A DNA stretch of 20,732 nucleotides from Gemmatimonadaceae bacterium (GTDB lineage: Bacteria; Gemmatimonadota; Gemmatimonadetes; Gemmatimonadales; Gemmatimonadaceae), in the NCBI GenBank assembly GCA_040902005.1, contig JBBDYA010000086.1:1-20732 (forward strand). The letters run 5' to 3'. The notes below the pieces were generated by a model, which ran no database searches, had not been told where the DNA came from, and was given only the letters and a program-made list of their open reading frames with translations. The position numbers were made by a program, and so were the translations under genes. The number at the start of each line of letters is the position of its first letter. The first letter of the stretch is position 1. Positions 9,338 through 17,333 of the stretch are shown here, in pieces.

Positions 9338-9585
9338 TCCAGGCCGTCCATGATGTCCAGCAATTGGGACGTATCGTCGAGATTCACTCCGGGCCGGACG
9401 CCACCCGTACTGAACGTCGGAAACTCGAATGGCGTTCCGGGCCGGGTGGTCCGAGGCTGTTCCAGGTAGGCAGCGAGCGCGCGCTCCATGACGGCCGTCA
9501 TCGTGATGTGCTGACCACGTGCGTAAGCCTTCACCTTTCGCAGCAGAGCGGGGTTCAGCCGCACGGTTGTGTGTTTGCCTGGCAT
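9334..9585 (-). CDS. vapB: VapB-type ribbon-helix-helix antitoxin
   Basis: 83 aa from ATG 9585: HTTVRLNPALLRKVKAYA...TMTAVMERAL (RHH pattern) and C-terminal FPTFSTGGVRPGVNLDDTSQLLDIMD. It lies directly upstream of, and is coupled to, the PIN toxin. Confidence 0.88.
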   Translation of the reverse strand: MPGKHTTVRLNPALLRKVKAYARGQHITMTAVMERALAAYLEQPRTTRPGTPFEFPTFSTGGVRPGVNLDDTSQLLDIMDGLD

Positions 9586-9629
9586 GGCTGTATGTCTAGG
9601 CAGTCTGACGTCGTATGTCAAGACATACA
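9586..9629 (-). promoter_or_regulatory. vapBC promoter (TTGACA-17-TAGACA, 7 nt before ATG) with overlapping operator repeats
   Basis: Perfect -35 TTGACA at 9621-9616, 17-nt spacer, -10-like TAGACA at 9598-9593. Palindrome GTATGTC-AA-GACATAC at 9613-9628 and an additional GTATGTC half-site at 9590-9596. Confidence 0.75.
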
Positions 9630-9704
9630 CCAGCGCTGTAGGTGCGGAGTGGCCAACCAGCGAGGCGCCGCGTGCCGCCCCATGCCCGCTTGGAGCGGAA
9701 ATAT

Positions 9705-9739
9705 TTAATGTGGCCTAACTTTAGATTAAGCTTAACAGA
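9705..9739. promoter_or_regulatory. Two tandem DtxR/IdeR/MntR-like operator boxes upstream of the metal ABC operon
   Basis: TTAATGTGGCCTAACTTTA (9705-9723) and TTAGATTAAGCTTAACAGA (9721-9739) each match 14 of 19 positions of the DtxR consensus TWAGGTWAGSCTWACCTWA. The second contains the perfect palindrome TTAAGCTTAA. This is an AT-rich island 24 nt before the ATG. Confidence 0.65.
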
Positions 9740-9763
9740 AACCGCAACTGTTCCCCGGCCAGA

Positions 9764-10741
9764 ATGCCTGTTCATCAGAAAAGGTCCTCGTCCTTCCGAG
9801 TTCCCCGTTCCGGGGCGCTTGTCCTGCTCGCGATCGGCAGCGCGTGTGCGACGGCTGATAGTCGCCCGTTGGGCGAGCGAAACGTCCGTATCACCGGAAC
9901 CACGAGCATCGTGGCGGATCTCGCGCGGGAGGTTGGTGGCTCGCGCGTGGATGTCACCGGGTTGATGGGTCCAGGCATCGACCCCCACCTGTACAAGGCG
10001 AGCGAGGGAGACGTGCAGCGGCTCGCGTCCGCGGACCTCGTCGTCTACAATGGCCTGCACCTCGAGGCGAAGATGGCCGAGGTCCTCGAGCGTCTGGGCG
10101 GGCGCATAAAGACCGTGGCCGTCGCGGAGGCGGTTCCGAAGGACCAGTTGCTCGCGCCTCCTGAGTTCGCCGGCGCGTACGACCCGCACGTCTGGCACGC
10201 GCCCGGGCTCTGGCGGCATGCGGCCGAGCGGATGCGAGACGCCCTGATCGCGCTGGATTCCGCAAGCGCCGCGATCTACAAGGCGAATACGGTGCTCTTC
10301 CTTGCCCGGCTCGACACGCTCGATCGGTGGGCGCGCGATCGGATTGCCACGGTGCCGGAGGAGATGCGGGTGCTCGTGACGGCGCACGACGCGTTCAACT
10401 ACTTCGGACGCGCGTATGGCATCCACGTGCGCGGGTTGCAGGGCATCAGCACCGCGAGCGAGGCGGGAACGGCGGACGTGCGCGACCTCGCCGAGTTCAT
10501 TGCGCAGCGCCGGATTCCGGCGGTGTTCATCGAGTCGTCGATTCCGCGCCGAACGATCGAGGCGGTGCAGGCCGCCGTCAACGCGCGCGGCCACGATGTG
10601 GCGATCGGCGGCGAGCTGTACTCGGATGCGCTCGGCAACCCCGGATCCCCAGCCGGGACCTACGTCGGAATGGTGCGAGCCAATGTGGAGACGATCGTTG
10701 TCGCATTGGGCGGCGCTCCGTCGCGGGGAGCGGTTCCATGA
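9764..10741 (+). CDS. troA: Mn/Zn/Fe ABC transporter substrate-binding lipoprotein (TroA/MntA type)
   Basis: Lipobox-like [56 protein letters not shown] (His3-Asp ligand set of TroA). Confidence 0.93.
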   Translation: MPVHQKRSSSFRVPRSGALVLLAIGSACATADSRPLGERNVRITGTTSIVADLAREVGGSRVDVTGLMGPGIDPHLYKASEGDVQRLASADLVVYNGLHLEAKMAEVLERLGGRIKTVAVAEAVPKDQLLAPPEFAGAYDPHVWHAPGLWRHAAERMRDALIALDSASAAIYKANTVLFLARLDTLDRWARDRIATVPEEMRVLVTAHDAFNYFGRAYGIHVRGLQGISTASEAGTADVRDLAEFIAQRRIPAVFIESSIPRRTIEAVQAAVNARGHDVAIGGELYSDALGNPGSPAGTYVGMVRANVETIVVALGGAPSRGAVP

Positions 10742-11499
10742 TCCCGCCGGCGGAGCTGCCCGCGGGCTCGCAGGCGGCGATCGAAGTCAATGATCTGACG
10801 GTTGCCTACCGCGACCGACCCGTGCTCTGGGACATCGACGTCGTCGTTCCGCCCGGCGTGCTGATGGCCATCGTCGGACCCAACGGCGCCGGCAAGACGA
10901 CGTTGATCAAGGCGGTTCTGGGTCTCGTTCGTCCCGCCGCGGGAGATGTCACGATCTTCGGGGCGCCGTACGAGGAGCAGCGGCGGTTGGTGGGCTACGT
11001 GCCTCAGCGCGGCAGCGTGGATTGGGATTTTCCGACGACGGTGCTGGATGTCGTGATGATGGGACGCTACGGCGCACTGGGCTGGTTCCGTCGCCCGGGG
11101 CGCGCCGAACGTGAGGCAGCGATGCAGGCGCTGGAGCACGTGGGCATGCCGGAGCTGTCCGGCCGGCAGATCAGCCAGCTTTCTGGAGGGCAGCAGCAGC
11201 GCGTGTTTCTGGCGCGCGCACTGGTGCAGGATGCGGCGATCTACCTCATGGACGAACCGTTCCAGGGTGTGGACGCGCGGACGGAGCACGCGATCGTGGC
11301 GCTGCTCCAGGAGCTGCGCGGGCAAGGAAAGACCGTCGTCGTCGTGCACCACGACCTGCAGTCCGTGCCGGAGTACTTCGACTGGGTGATGCTGCTGAAT
11401 GTCCGCCGCATCGCATTGGGCCCCGTCTCGGAAGTGTTCACTGAAGAGAATCTGCGACTCACCTACGGCGGGAAGCTCCCGTTCCTGACCGGTGTTTGA
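10738..11499 (+). CDS. troB: Metal ABC transporter ATP-binding subunit (TroB/MntB)
   Basis: Walker [22 protein letters not shown], signature [15 protein letters not shown], Walker B YLMDEP, VVHHDL. ATG 10738 overlaps the troA stop (ATGA) and has GGGGAG upstream. Confidence 0.95.
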   Translation: MIPPAELPAGSQAAIEVNDLTVAYRDRPVLWDIDVVVPPGVLMAIVGPNGAGKTTLIKAVLGLVRPAAGDVTIFGAPYEEQRRLVGYVPQRGSVDWDFPTTVLDVVMMGRYGALGWFRRPGRAEREAAMQALEHVGMPELSGRQISQLSGGQQQRVFLARALVQDAAIYLMDEPFQGVDARTEHAIVALLQELRGQGKTVVVVHHDLQSVPEYFDWVMLLNVRRIALGPVSEVFTEENLRLTYGGKLPFLTGV

Positions 11500-12648
11500 C
11501 CTTCTGCTCGATCCTACGCTGCGCATCGTGGCGCTCGGATCCGCGGCGCTGGGCATCGTGAGCGGCGGGTTGGGAGCGTTTGCGGTGCTCCGCAAGCAAA
11601 GCCTGCTGGGTGACGCCATCTCGCACGCCGCGCTTCCGGGAATCGCGCTCGCGTTCATGCTGACGGGAAGCAAGCATCCGCTGGTGCTGGTGCTCGGCGC
11701 GGCCGCGGCAGGGTGGATTGGAACGCTCATCGTGATGGCGATAACCCGCAGCACGTACCTGAAAGAGGATACGGCGCTCGGGCTGGTGCTGTCAGTGTTC
11801 TTTGGCGCGGGCCTGGTGCTCCTGACGTTCATTCAGCATCGGCCGGACGCCGCTCAGGCGGGACTCGATCGCTACCTCTTTGGACAGGCGGCGACGCAGC
11901 TTGCCAGGGACGTGGCGATCGTCGCCGGTCTCGGGATCGCTGCCTATGCCATAACCTTCCTCTTCTGGAAGGAGTTCAAGCTGCTGAGCTTCGATCGCGA
12001 GTTCGGCGCGAGCGTGGGCATTTCCATGCGGTTCGTGGACGTGGTGCTCACGACGGTGCTGGTGATCGCGGTCGTGGTGGGACTGCAGACTGTGGGCGTC
12101 GTGCTCATGGCCGCGATGATCGTGGCGCCGGCGGCGGCGGCGCGGCAGTGGACCAACCGCCTGGGGACGATGGTCGCGCTGTCGGCCGGATTCGGCGCGC
12201 TGGCGGGCGTCGCGGGATCGGTGCTCAGCGCGACGGGTGCCAATCTGCCCACCGGCCCAATGATCGTGCTGTGCCTGACCGCGATCGCGCTGCTCTCGCT
12301 GCTTCTGGCGCCGGCGCGTGGGCTCGTGTGGAGCTTCGTTCGGCACAAGCGGTCGCAGCGCGTGCTGCGCGTCGAGGCCACGCTGCTGGACCTGTACGCG
12401 ATGGCCCGGCAGCACGCGGACCCCGGCCATGCCCACGCGAGCGGCGCCCTGCGCGCCCTGGGGGGGGGGGGGGCCGCGGCGACGTGGCGGGCGCGTTGCG
12501 CCGGCTCGAGGGGCGTGGTCTCACGCGTCAGTCGGAGGGTGACCGCTGGGCGCTGACGGAGGCCGGGCGCGTCGAGGCGCTGCGCCTCATCGGCGAGCAC
12601 GGTGCACCGGACGACGAGGACGATGGGGGGGGGGGAGGGAACGCGTGA
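11492..12648 (+). CDS. troC: Metal ABC transporter permease (TroC/MntC) with C-terminal winged-helix extension, frameshifted at a G14 tract (stops at 12556 as assembled)
   Basis: [53 protein letters not shown] motifs of ABC-3 permeases. After G14 (12460-12473) the -1 frame continues [39 protein letters not shown] and ends at TGA 12648, overlapping the troD GTG. Confidence 0.9.
12460..12473 (+). repeat. G14 homopolymer at the troC frameshift
   Basis: 14 consecutive G counted directly. 12 or 15 G would restore the frame. Confidence 0.95.
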
Positions 12649-13757
12649 CACAGTTCCAGGTGGAGATCCAGCTCATCGCCGCGGTGGCGGCGGTCGCCTG
12701 TGCGCTTCCAGGGGTGTTTCTCGTGCTGCGCCGCATGGCGCTCATGAGCGACGCGATCAGCCACTCGATTCTTCTGGGGATCGTTCTGGCGTTTTTCCTG
12801 GTGGAGAGTCTCGCATCGCCGCTGCTGATCCTGGGCGCGGCGGCAACCGGCGTGTTGACGGTGTGGCTCGTGGAGCTGACGCATCGCACGCGGCTGGTGC
12901 GCGAGGACGCGGCGATCGGCCTGGTGTTTCCGGCGCTGTTCAGCGTGGGGGTGGTGCTCATCGCCCGGCACGCCGGGAGCGTTCATCTCGACGTGGACGC
13001 GGTGCTGCTCGGCGAGCTGGCCTTCGCGCCATTCAACCGGATCACCATCGCCGGTTACGACGCCGGCCCTCAGGCGCTGTGGGTGATGGGGGCGGTGCTG
13101 ATCGCGAACGTCGTCTTCCTGGGACTCTTCTACAAGGAGCTGGAGCTGACGACGTTCGATGCCGCGCTCGCCGCGTCGCTGGGAATCTCTCCTGCCCTCG
13201 TGCACTACGGGTTCATGACGCTCGTTTCCATCACGGCCGTGGGTGCCTTCGACGCCGTCGGATCGGTGCTCGTGATCGCGCTGATGATCGCGCCCCCGGC
13301 CGCGGCGTACCTGGTCACGGAACGGCTGACGGCCATGATCATGATCAGCGCGCTGTTCGGTTTGCTGTCAGCGATTCTGGGCTACTGGATGGCGCACGTG
13401 ATGGACGCGTCCATCGCTGGCTCGATGGCGACCATGGCGGGCATCGTGTTCCTGGTCGTCTGGATGTTCGCTCCGGGCCGCGGCATCCTCGCGCTCGCGC
13501 GTCGCCATGCGCGGCAGCGGCTGGAGTTCGCGGAGCGAATGCTGGTGATTCACCTCATGCACCACGAGCACAGCCCGGACGCGGCCGAGGAGAACCGGCT
13601 GGGGCATCTCCAGGGACATCTGCGCTGGAAGCCCGAGTTTGCGTCTCGCATCGTACGGGGTGCAGAGCGTCGCGAGCTGCTGCGCTGCGAGGCGGGCGGC
13701 GAGTTGGTGCTCACGGATCGCGGCCGCGATCTGGCGCGCGTTGCGATGACCAGCTGA
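12645..13757 (+). CDS. troD: Metal ABC transporter permease (TroD/MntD) with C-terminal winged-helix extension
   Basis: LMSDAISHSILLG, REDAAIG, VHLDVDAVLLGE, YKELELTTFD, AFDAVGSVLV. Soluble tail HLMHHEH...LRWKPEFASRIVRGAERRELL...LVLTDRGRDLA. GGAGG RBS upstream of GTG. Confidence 0.93.
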   Translation: MTQFQVEIQLIAAVAAVACALPGVFLVLRRMALMSDAISHSILLGIVLAFFLVESLASPLLILGAAATGVLTVWLVELTHRTRLVREDAAIGLVFPALFSVGVVLIARHAGSVHLDVDAVLLGELAFAPFNRITIAGYDAGPQALWVMGAVLIANVVFLGLFYKELELTTFDAALAASLGISPALVHYGFMTLVSITAVGAFDAVGSVLVIALMIAPPAAAYLVTERLTAMIMISALFGLLSAILGYWMAHVMDASIAGSMATMAGIVFLVVWMFAPGRGILALARRHARQRLEFAERMLVIHLMHHEHSPDAAEENRLGHLQGHLRWKPEFASRIVRGAERRELLRCEAGGELVLTDRGRDLARVAMTS

Positions 13758-13794
13758 GGGTTGAGGTAGCCGTGAGCCCGCCGCAGACGGACAG

Positions 13795-14535
13795 CTATGT
13801 CCGCGACGTGTGGCCTACCGTCGCTTCGATCGATGTCGGGTCAGCCGTTCGAGGGTCGAGATCGAACACCCCGCCCGCGCTCGCAACGACAACCTGACGC
13901 ACGTCCTCGGCGAGGGCCGACGGGGGGGGTGCGCCGAAACGCACGCCCTCCGCGCGCTCGGTGATCTCGCGCTCGACGCTCGTCATCGTCACCTCGGGAA
14001 TGCCGCAGGGCACGATGAGATCAAAAAACGACAGCTCCGTGGTCACGTTGAGCGCGAAGCCGTGCCAGGTGACCCAATCGCGGGCGTGGACACCGATGGA
14101 GGCAATCTTCTTCCCGTTGGTCCAGACGCCGGTGTATTTCTCCACGCGCTCCGCCGGGATTCCGAGCGACTCGAGGGACTGGATGAGGACGTCCTCGACG
14201 CGGCGCAGGTACCAGTGCAGGTCCTGCTTGTGGCGCTTGAGATCGATGATCGGATAACCGACCAGCTGGCCGGGGCCATGGAACGTGACGTCGCCGCCGC
14301 GCTCGACCTCGAAGACCTCGACTCCGCGGGCGCTGAGCTGTTCGGGATTCGAGAGCAGGTGCGCGTCCTTCGAGGAACGTCCGAGCGTGATGACCGGCGG
14401 GTGCTCGACGAGAATCAGGACATCCTGCGCGATCTCGCCGCTGATGCGCGCGCGCGCGACGGCACGCTGAATCTCGAGCATCTCGCCGTATGCTCGCGTC
14501 CCGAAATCGGCGACCCAGAGCTCCCGACCGCTCAC
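13795..14535 (-). CDS. lipB: Lipoyl(octanoyl) transferase
   Basis: VEHPPVITLG, VERGGDVTFHGPGQLVGYP, KKIASIG, HGFALN, IVPCG. GTG start at 14535 overlaps the lpdA stop (GTGA). Confidence 0.95.
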   Translation of the reverse strand: MSGRELWVADFGTRAYGEMLEIQRAVARARISGEIAQDVLILVEHPPVITLGRSSKDAHLLSNPEQLSARGVEVFEVERGGDVTFHGPGQLVGYPIIDLKRHKQDLHWYLRRVEDVLIQSLESLGIPAERVEKYTGVWTNGKKIASIGVHARDWVTWHGFALNVTTELSFFDLIVPCGIPEVTMTSVEREITERAEGVRFGAPPPSALAEDVRQVVVASAGGVFDLDPRTADPTSIEATVGHTSRT

Positions 14536-15935
14536 GCGTGAATCATTCGACCGAGCGAGTCCATCGCCGCTTCGCCGATCGCTTCCGAGAGTGTGGGATG
14601 CGCATGGATTGCCAGCTCCACTTCTTCCACGGTGTACTCGTTGGTGCGGGCCAGGACGAGTTCGTGGATCAATTCCGTGGCGTGCGCGCCGACGATATGC
14701 GCGCCGAGGATCTCGCCGTGCTTCGCGCCGCGAATGAGCTTCACGAAACCCTCGGTTTCGCCCGACGTGCGGGCGCGGCCGTTGGCGGAGAAGGGGAACT
14801 TTCCGACCTTGTACTCGATCTTCTTCTCCTTGCACTGCTGCTCGGTGAGTCCGACCGACGCCACCTCGGGGTGGCAGTAGGTGGCGCCCGGGACGTTGGT
14901 GTAATCGATGGCGTGGGGGTGCTTGCCCGCGATGACTTCCGCCACCACGTGGCCCTCGCGCTCGCCCTTGTGGGCCAGCATCGGCGGGCCGGCGACGTCC
15001 CCGATCGCATACACGTTGGCGACTGACGTCGCCAACGTCTTGTCTATTTGAATGAACCCACGGTCCGTGAGCTTGACGCCAAGCTCCTGGAGGCCGATGT
15101 CCTCCACGTTCGGCGCGCGGCCCGCCGCGACGAGCACGATGTCGGATTTCACGTCCCTCTTTTCGCCGCCCGATTCCACGGTCATCGAGACGCCGTCCTT
15201 GCCCACCTTCGCGTTCGAGATCTTCGCGCCGGTCAGGATGTCGATCTTCCGTTTCTTGAATGCGCGCTCGACCTCCTTCGACGAGTCCGCGTCCTCGACG
15301 GGAAGGATGCCCGGCAGCGCTTCCAGCAGCGTCACCTTCGACCCGAAGGCCGCGAACACGTCCGCGAACTCGCACCCTACGGCGCCGGCGCCCACGATCG
15401 TGATGGACTTGGGCGCCTGCTCGAGGATGAGCGCTTCGTCCGAGGAGATCACCGTCTTCCTGTTCAGCTCCAGCCCGATCTGCGGCAGGCCCTTCACGCG
15501 CGAGCCGGTGGAGATCACGACGGCCTTCTTCGCCTCGTGCTTTTCCTCCTTTCCCTCCGCGGTTTTCACCGCGACGGCGTTCTTCCCGGCCAGTTTCGCC
15601 GTGCCCTTGATCCACGTGATCTTGTTCTTCTTGAACAGGAACTCGACGCCTTTTGAATTCTGCGTACTCACGGCGCGCGAGCGTTTCATGGCGACGCCGA
15701 AGTCGAGCTTCACGTCGCCCGGGGTGACACCAAATTCCGGCGCCTTCTTCATCTTCTCCGCGAACGCCGCTGCCTCCAGCAGCGCCTTGGCGGGGATGCA
15801 GCCCCAGAGCACGCAGGTTCCGCCAAGCCCCTCACGCTCGATGACGGCCGTGTTGAGTCCGAGCTGGGCGCAGCGGATGGCGCCCACGTAGCCGGCGGGT
15901 CCACCGCCCAGGAAGATCACGTCGAAAGTTGCCAT
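14532..15935 (-). CDS. lpdA: Dihydrolipoyl dehydrogenase (E3)
   Basis: GGGPAGY FAD-binding motif, GGTCVLWGCIPAK redox disulfide, GAGAVG NAD motif, YAIGD, HAHPTLSE. Confidence 0.97.
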   Translation of the reverse strand: MATFDVIFLGGGPAGYVGAIRCAQLGLNTAVIEREGLGGTCVLWGCIPAKALLEAAAFAEKMKKAPEFGVTPGDVKLDFGVAMKRSRAVSTQNSKGVEFLFKKNKITWIKGTAKLAGKNAVAVKTAEGKEEKHEAKKAVVISTGSRVKGLPQIGLELNRKTVISSDEALILEQAPKSITIVGAGAVGCEFADVFAAFGSKVTLLEALPGILPVEDADSSKEVERAFKKRKIDILTGAKISNAKVGKDGVSMTVESGGEKRDVKSDIVLVAAGRAPNVEDIGLQELGVKLTDRGFIQIDKTLATSVANVYAIGDVAGPPMLAHKGEREGHVVAEVIAGKHPHAIDYTNVPGATYCHPEVASVGLTEQQCKEKKIEYKVGKFPFSANGRARTSGETEGFVKLIRGAKHGEILGAHIVGAHATELIHELVLARTNEYTVEEVELAIHAHPTLSEAIGEAAMDSLGRMIHA

Positions 15936-15946
15936 GAGGACGGACA

Positions 15947-15981
15947 GGGAATTGGGAAAGGGGGGGGGAATTGGGAAATGG
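15947..15981. repeat. Intergenic G-rich direct repeat (GGGAATTGGGAAA x2 around a G9 run)
   Basis: Copies at 15947-15959 and 15966-15978 in the pdhC-lpdA spacer. Confidence 0.8.
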
Positions 15982-17322
15982 CTAGTACACGAGCATCAAC
16001 GGATTTTCGACGAGGCGTCGCAGCGTCTGGAGGAAGCGGGCGCCAACGGCGCCGTCCACGGCGCGGTGGTCGCAGCTCATCGTCATCCGCAGCCGCTTCC
16101 GCATCCGCAGCTCGCCGTCCACCACCACCGGATGATCGTCGGCGGCTCCGACCGCGAGAATGCCGACTTCCGGCGGATTGATGATCGCGGTGAACTCCGC
16201 GATCTGCATCATGCCCAGGTTGCTCACGGAGAAGGTCGAGCCGGTGTACTGCTCGGGTTTGAGCTTCCGCTCACGGGCGAGCCTGGCCAGCTCGCGCGCC
16301 TCGCGCGAGATATCCCCGAGCCGCTTCTGGTCCGCGTCGAAGATCACGGGCACGATCAGTCCGTCGTTGGTGGCCACGGCCATGCCCAGGTGCACTGCGT
16401 GGTGCTGACGGATCCGGTCGCCCAGCCAGTGCGCGTTCACCTCGGGATGCTGCGCGAGCGCGGTCGCCACCGCTTTCAGCAGCAGGTCGTTGATGGAGAC
16501 CTTGAACTCGTCGCCCAGGTCGAGCATGGCCTGGCGCATTTCGACCACGCGGCCCAGGTCGAGATCCACGGTGAGGTAGAACGTCGGGATGGGACCGATG
16601 GACTCCGCGAGCCGGCGTGCGATCGTTTTCCGGATCTGCGTGAGCGGAACATCCTCGAATGCCGCGGACGGCTTGCGGTGGGCGGACGATGCGGGCGCGG
16701 CCGCGGGCGTGCCTGACGCGGCCGCGGCTTCGATGTCGCGCTTGATGATCCGGCCGCCGGGACCGGAGCCCTGCACGGCGGAAATGTCGAGGCCGCGGTC
16801 GTTCGCGATGCGGCGTGCCAATGGCGAGCTCTTCGCGCGGTCAACCGAACGAGACGCGGATTGCGCGGATTGCGCGGATTGCGCGGATTGCGCGGATGAC
16901 GCGGATGGCGCGGGTGGCGCGGGTGGCGCGGATGGCGCGGATGGCGCGGATGGCGCGGATGACGCGGATGGCGCGGATGGTGCCTGTTCCTTTTCGGGCG
17001 CCTTTTCCTTCTCGGGTGCCGTCGCCTTTTCAGCTCCCGCGCCGCCGCCGCCCGCCTCGGCGACGATCGCGTCGATGTTTTCATCCGCGGCGGCGATCAC
17101 GCCAACGACCTGGCCCACCGGGCGCGAGTCGCCATCCCCGATGAATCGCTTGCGCAGCACGCCGTCACCCCGCGCCACCAGTTCCATGATGGCCTTGTCG
17201 GTTTCGACTTCGGCCAGGGGATCGCCGCTCTTCACCGCGTCGCCTTCGTTCTTCAGCCATTTGACGAGACGTCCCTCCTCCATCGTGGGAGAGAGCGCTT
17301 CCATGAAGACTTTGGTGGCCAT
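15982..17322 (-). CDS. pdhC: Pyruvate dehydrogenase E2, dihydrolipoamide acetyltransferase (single lipoyl domain)
   Basis: MEALSPTMEEG, lipoyl-Lys motif EVETDKA, peripheral subunit-binding SSPLARRIA...GSGPGGRIIKRD, TFSVSNLG, catalytic DHRAVDGA. Start ATG 17322. Confidence 0.96.
   Translation of the reverse strand: MATKVFMEALSPTMEEGRLVKWLKNEGDAVKSGDPLAEVETDKAIMELVARGDGVLRKRFIGDGDSRPVGQVVGVIAAADENIDAIVAEAGGGGAGAEKATAPEKEKAPEKEQAPSAPSASSAPSAPSAPSAPPAPPAPSASSAQSAQSAQSAQSASRSVDRAKSSPLARRIANDRGLDISAVQGSGPGGRIIKRDIEAAAASGTPAAAPASSAHRKPSAAFEDVPLTQIRKTIARRLAESIGPIPTFYLTVDLDLGRVVEMRQAMLDLGDEFKVSINDLLLKAVATALAQHPEVNAHWLGDRIRQHHAVHLGMAVATNDGLIVPVIFDADQKRLGDISREARELARLARERKLKPEQYTGSTFSVSNLGMMQIAEFTAIINPPEVGILAVGAADDHPVVVDGELRMRKRLRMTMSCDHRAVDGAVGARFLQTLRRLVENPLMLVY
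16855..16980. repeat. In-frame 9-bp tandem repeat, 14 copies, encoding the (P/S/Q)-(S/P)-A linker of PdhC
   Basis: Plus-strand units: CGCGGATTG x4, then ten CGCGGATGA/CGCGGATGG/CGCGGGTGG variants. 14 units counted, 126 bp. Confidence 0.95.
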
Positions 17323-17333
17323 GGTCTGCTCGG

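Noticed and set aside
9586..9630. Upstream GTG start (9630) for the antitoxin
   Set aside because: The extension covers the -35/-10 and operator. The RHH pattern starts just after ATG 9585.
11713..12459. 311-aa ORF 11713-12648 as an independent gene
   Set aside because: Only the part after the G14 tract is protein-like, and it is the displaced C-terminus of TroC.
13758..13794. Expected bidirectional terminator between convergent troD and lipB
   Set aside because: No convincing hairpin with a U-tract is visible.
14536..15615. Apparent 606-aa LipB with a long N-terminal domain
   Set aside because: The extension is an alternative frame of lpdA. LipB starts at GTG 14535, overlapping the lpdA stop.
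16855..16980. Possible CRISPR-like array
   Set aside because: Contiguous 9-bp units with no spacers, in frame within a gene, and no cas genes.
16476..17144. ORFs with (HPR)n/(NPR)n and (ARM)n/(ARI)n repeats
   Set aside because: These are alternative-frame readings of the 9-bp tandem repeat inside pdhC.
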